The notes below the pieces were generated by a model. That model was not told where the DNA came from, made no database searches, and saw nothing but the letters and a program-made list of their open reading frames with translations. Position numbers and translations under genes: made by a program. From assembly GCA_013239625.1 (NCBI GenBank), contig MU053994.1, positions 1,367,775-1,431,774 of the forward strand: DNA of 64,000 nt. The letters are read 5' to 3'. The stretch's first letter is position 1. Every line of letters starts with the position of its first letter. Positions 63,201 to 64,000 of the stretch are shown here, piece by piece. The stretch comes from Lama guanicoe (lineage: Eukaryota).

Positions 63201-63874
63201 TATATCATCTCAGAAAAAAAACTAATGAGAAACGTGAAGAAAATAGGATAATGAATATGATAATATATGGGGAGTGCTTTGGGCTTCTTGGAACAAAGGT
63301 GCAAGGAATTATTGCTGTGATTTTCTCACGGTGCATATATATTTTTATTAAACTCTTAAAAAAATGCCAGTAGATTCACTTCTTTGCAAGGTATTAACGC
63401 CCCGCAGAGGAGTCGTTCTTCAATTAGTTCCCTGAGTCTCGGCCCACCTATTGGCTGTTCTCTTGTCACTTTTCTGGAGACTTCCAGCTTAGGGGATGCG
63501 GTGCATAGATTAGAACACTCAGTGGCTTTGCCCAGAGTGTCTGACACACACGTGCCCAGACAGATGGCTTCCTGAGCACGTGGGGCTCAGGAGGGCTGGA
63601 GGGTGGGATGGAAGGGAGTTGAATGCAAAGCAGAACTGGAAGTCAAGGTTCTAGATGGATGAAAACTTAGGGGAAGAGCAACTGACTTGTATTTAGTCTT
63701 CTGGCCTCCTCACCCAAGGGTCCACTCAGGCCAGACTTCTTTTTAAGGATTTAAACATAATTAAATATAAGTTCTCAGTTGGAAGGGAACTTTGTGGGGC
63801 TACCTTGCCAGGGGACCACAGAGACTAGAACTAAGATAAGACCATCACAATTTATCTTTCTCACTTCCCTATAT

Positions 63875-64000
63875 CAGTGGTTCTCACAACACGGTCCCCA
63901 GACAGCAGCATCGGCATCACTGAGAACTTGTCAGAAATGCACATCCCCAGGCCCCACCCTAGACTCAGTGAATCAGAAATTCTGGGTGTGAGACCCAGCA
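63875..64000. mobile_element. MER5A MITE (runs off the window end)
   Basis: cagtggttctcacaacacggtccccagacagcagcatcggcatcactgagaacttgtcagaaatgcacatccccaggccccacc...gaatcagaaattctggg. Confidence 0.9.

Overview
Mammalian (placental) nuclear DNA with no protein-coding gene that I can support. The listed ORFs are chance ORFs or LINE-1 remnants. The window is a mosaic of old interspersed repeats (L2, MIR, MaLR MLT1, ERVL LTR16/LTR33-type LTRs, hAT/Mariner MITEs, L1M) and younger L1 3' ends resembling camelid L1 (L1_Vpa-like). I recognised no Alu, B1/B2, Bov-A/BovB, PRE1 or Can-SINE, so a camelid genome is inferred but not proven. Between the repeats are several unique, motif-dense blocks that look like conserved non-coding elements. 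The densest cluster is 46.5-49.9 kb, with a CTCF motif, a perfect 22-bp palindrome and an AmnSINE1-like Deu-domain element. There is also a tandem octamer pair at 56.8 kb and a small CpG island at 58.65-59.25 kb next to a 190-N gap. The cleanest unusual item is a 36-nt tailless 5'-half tRNA-Val retrocopy with a perfect 15-bp target-site duplication whose anticodon reads GAC, a possible genomic footprint of inosine-34 editing. I found no convincing new multi-gene system. All repeat family names are from recalled consensus sequences, with no database search, and boundaries are approximate unless TSDs or TIRs are cited.
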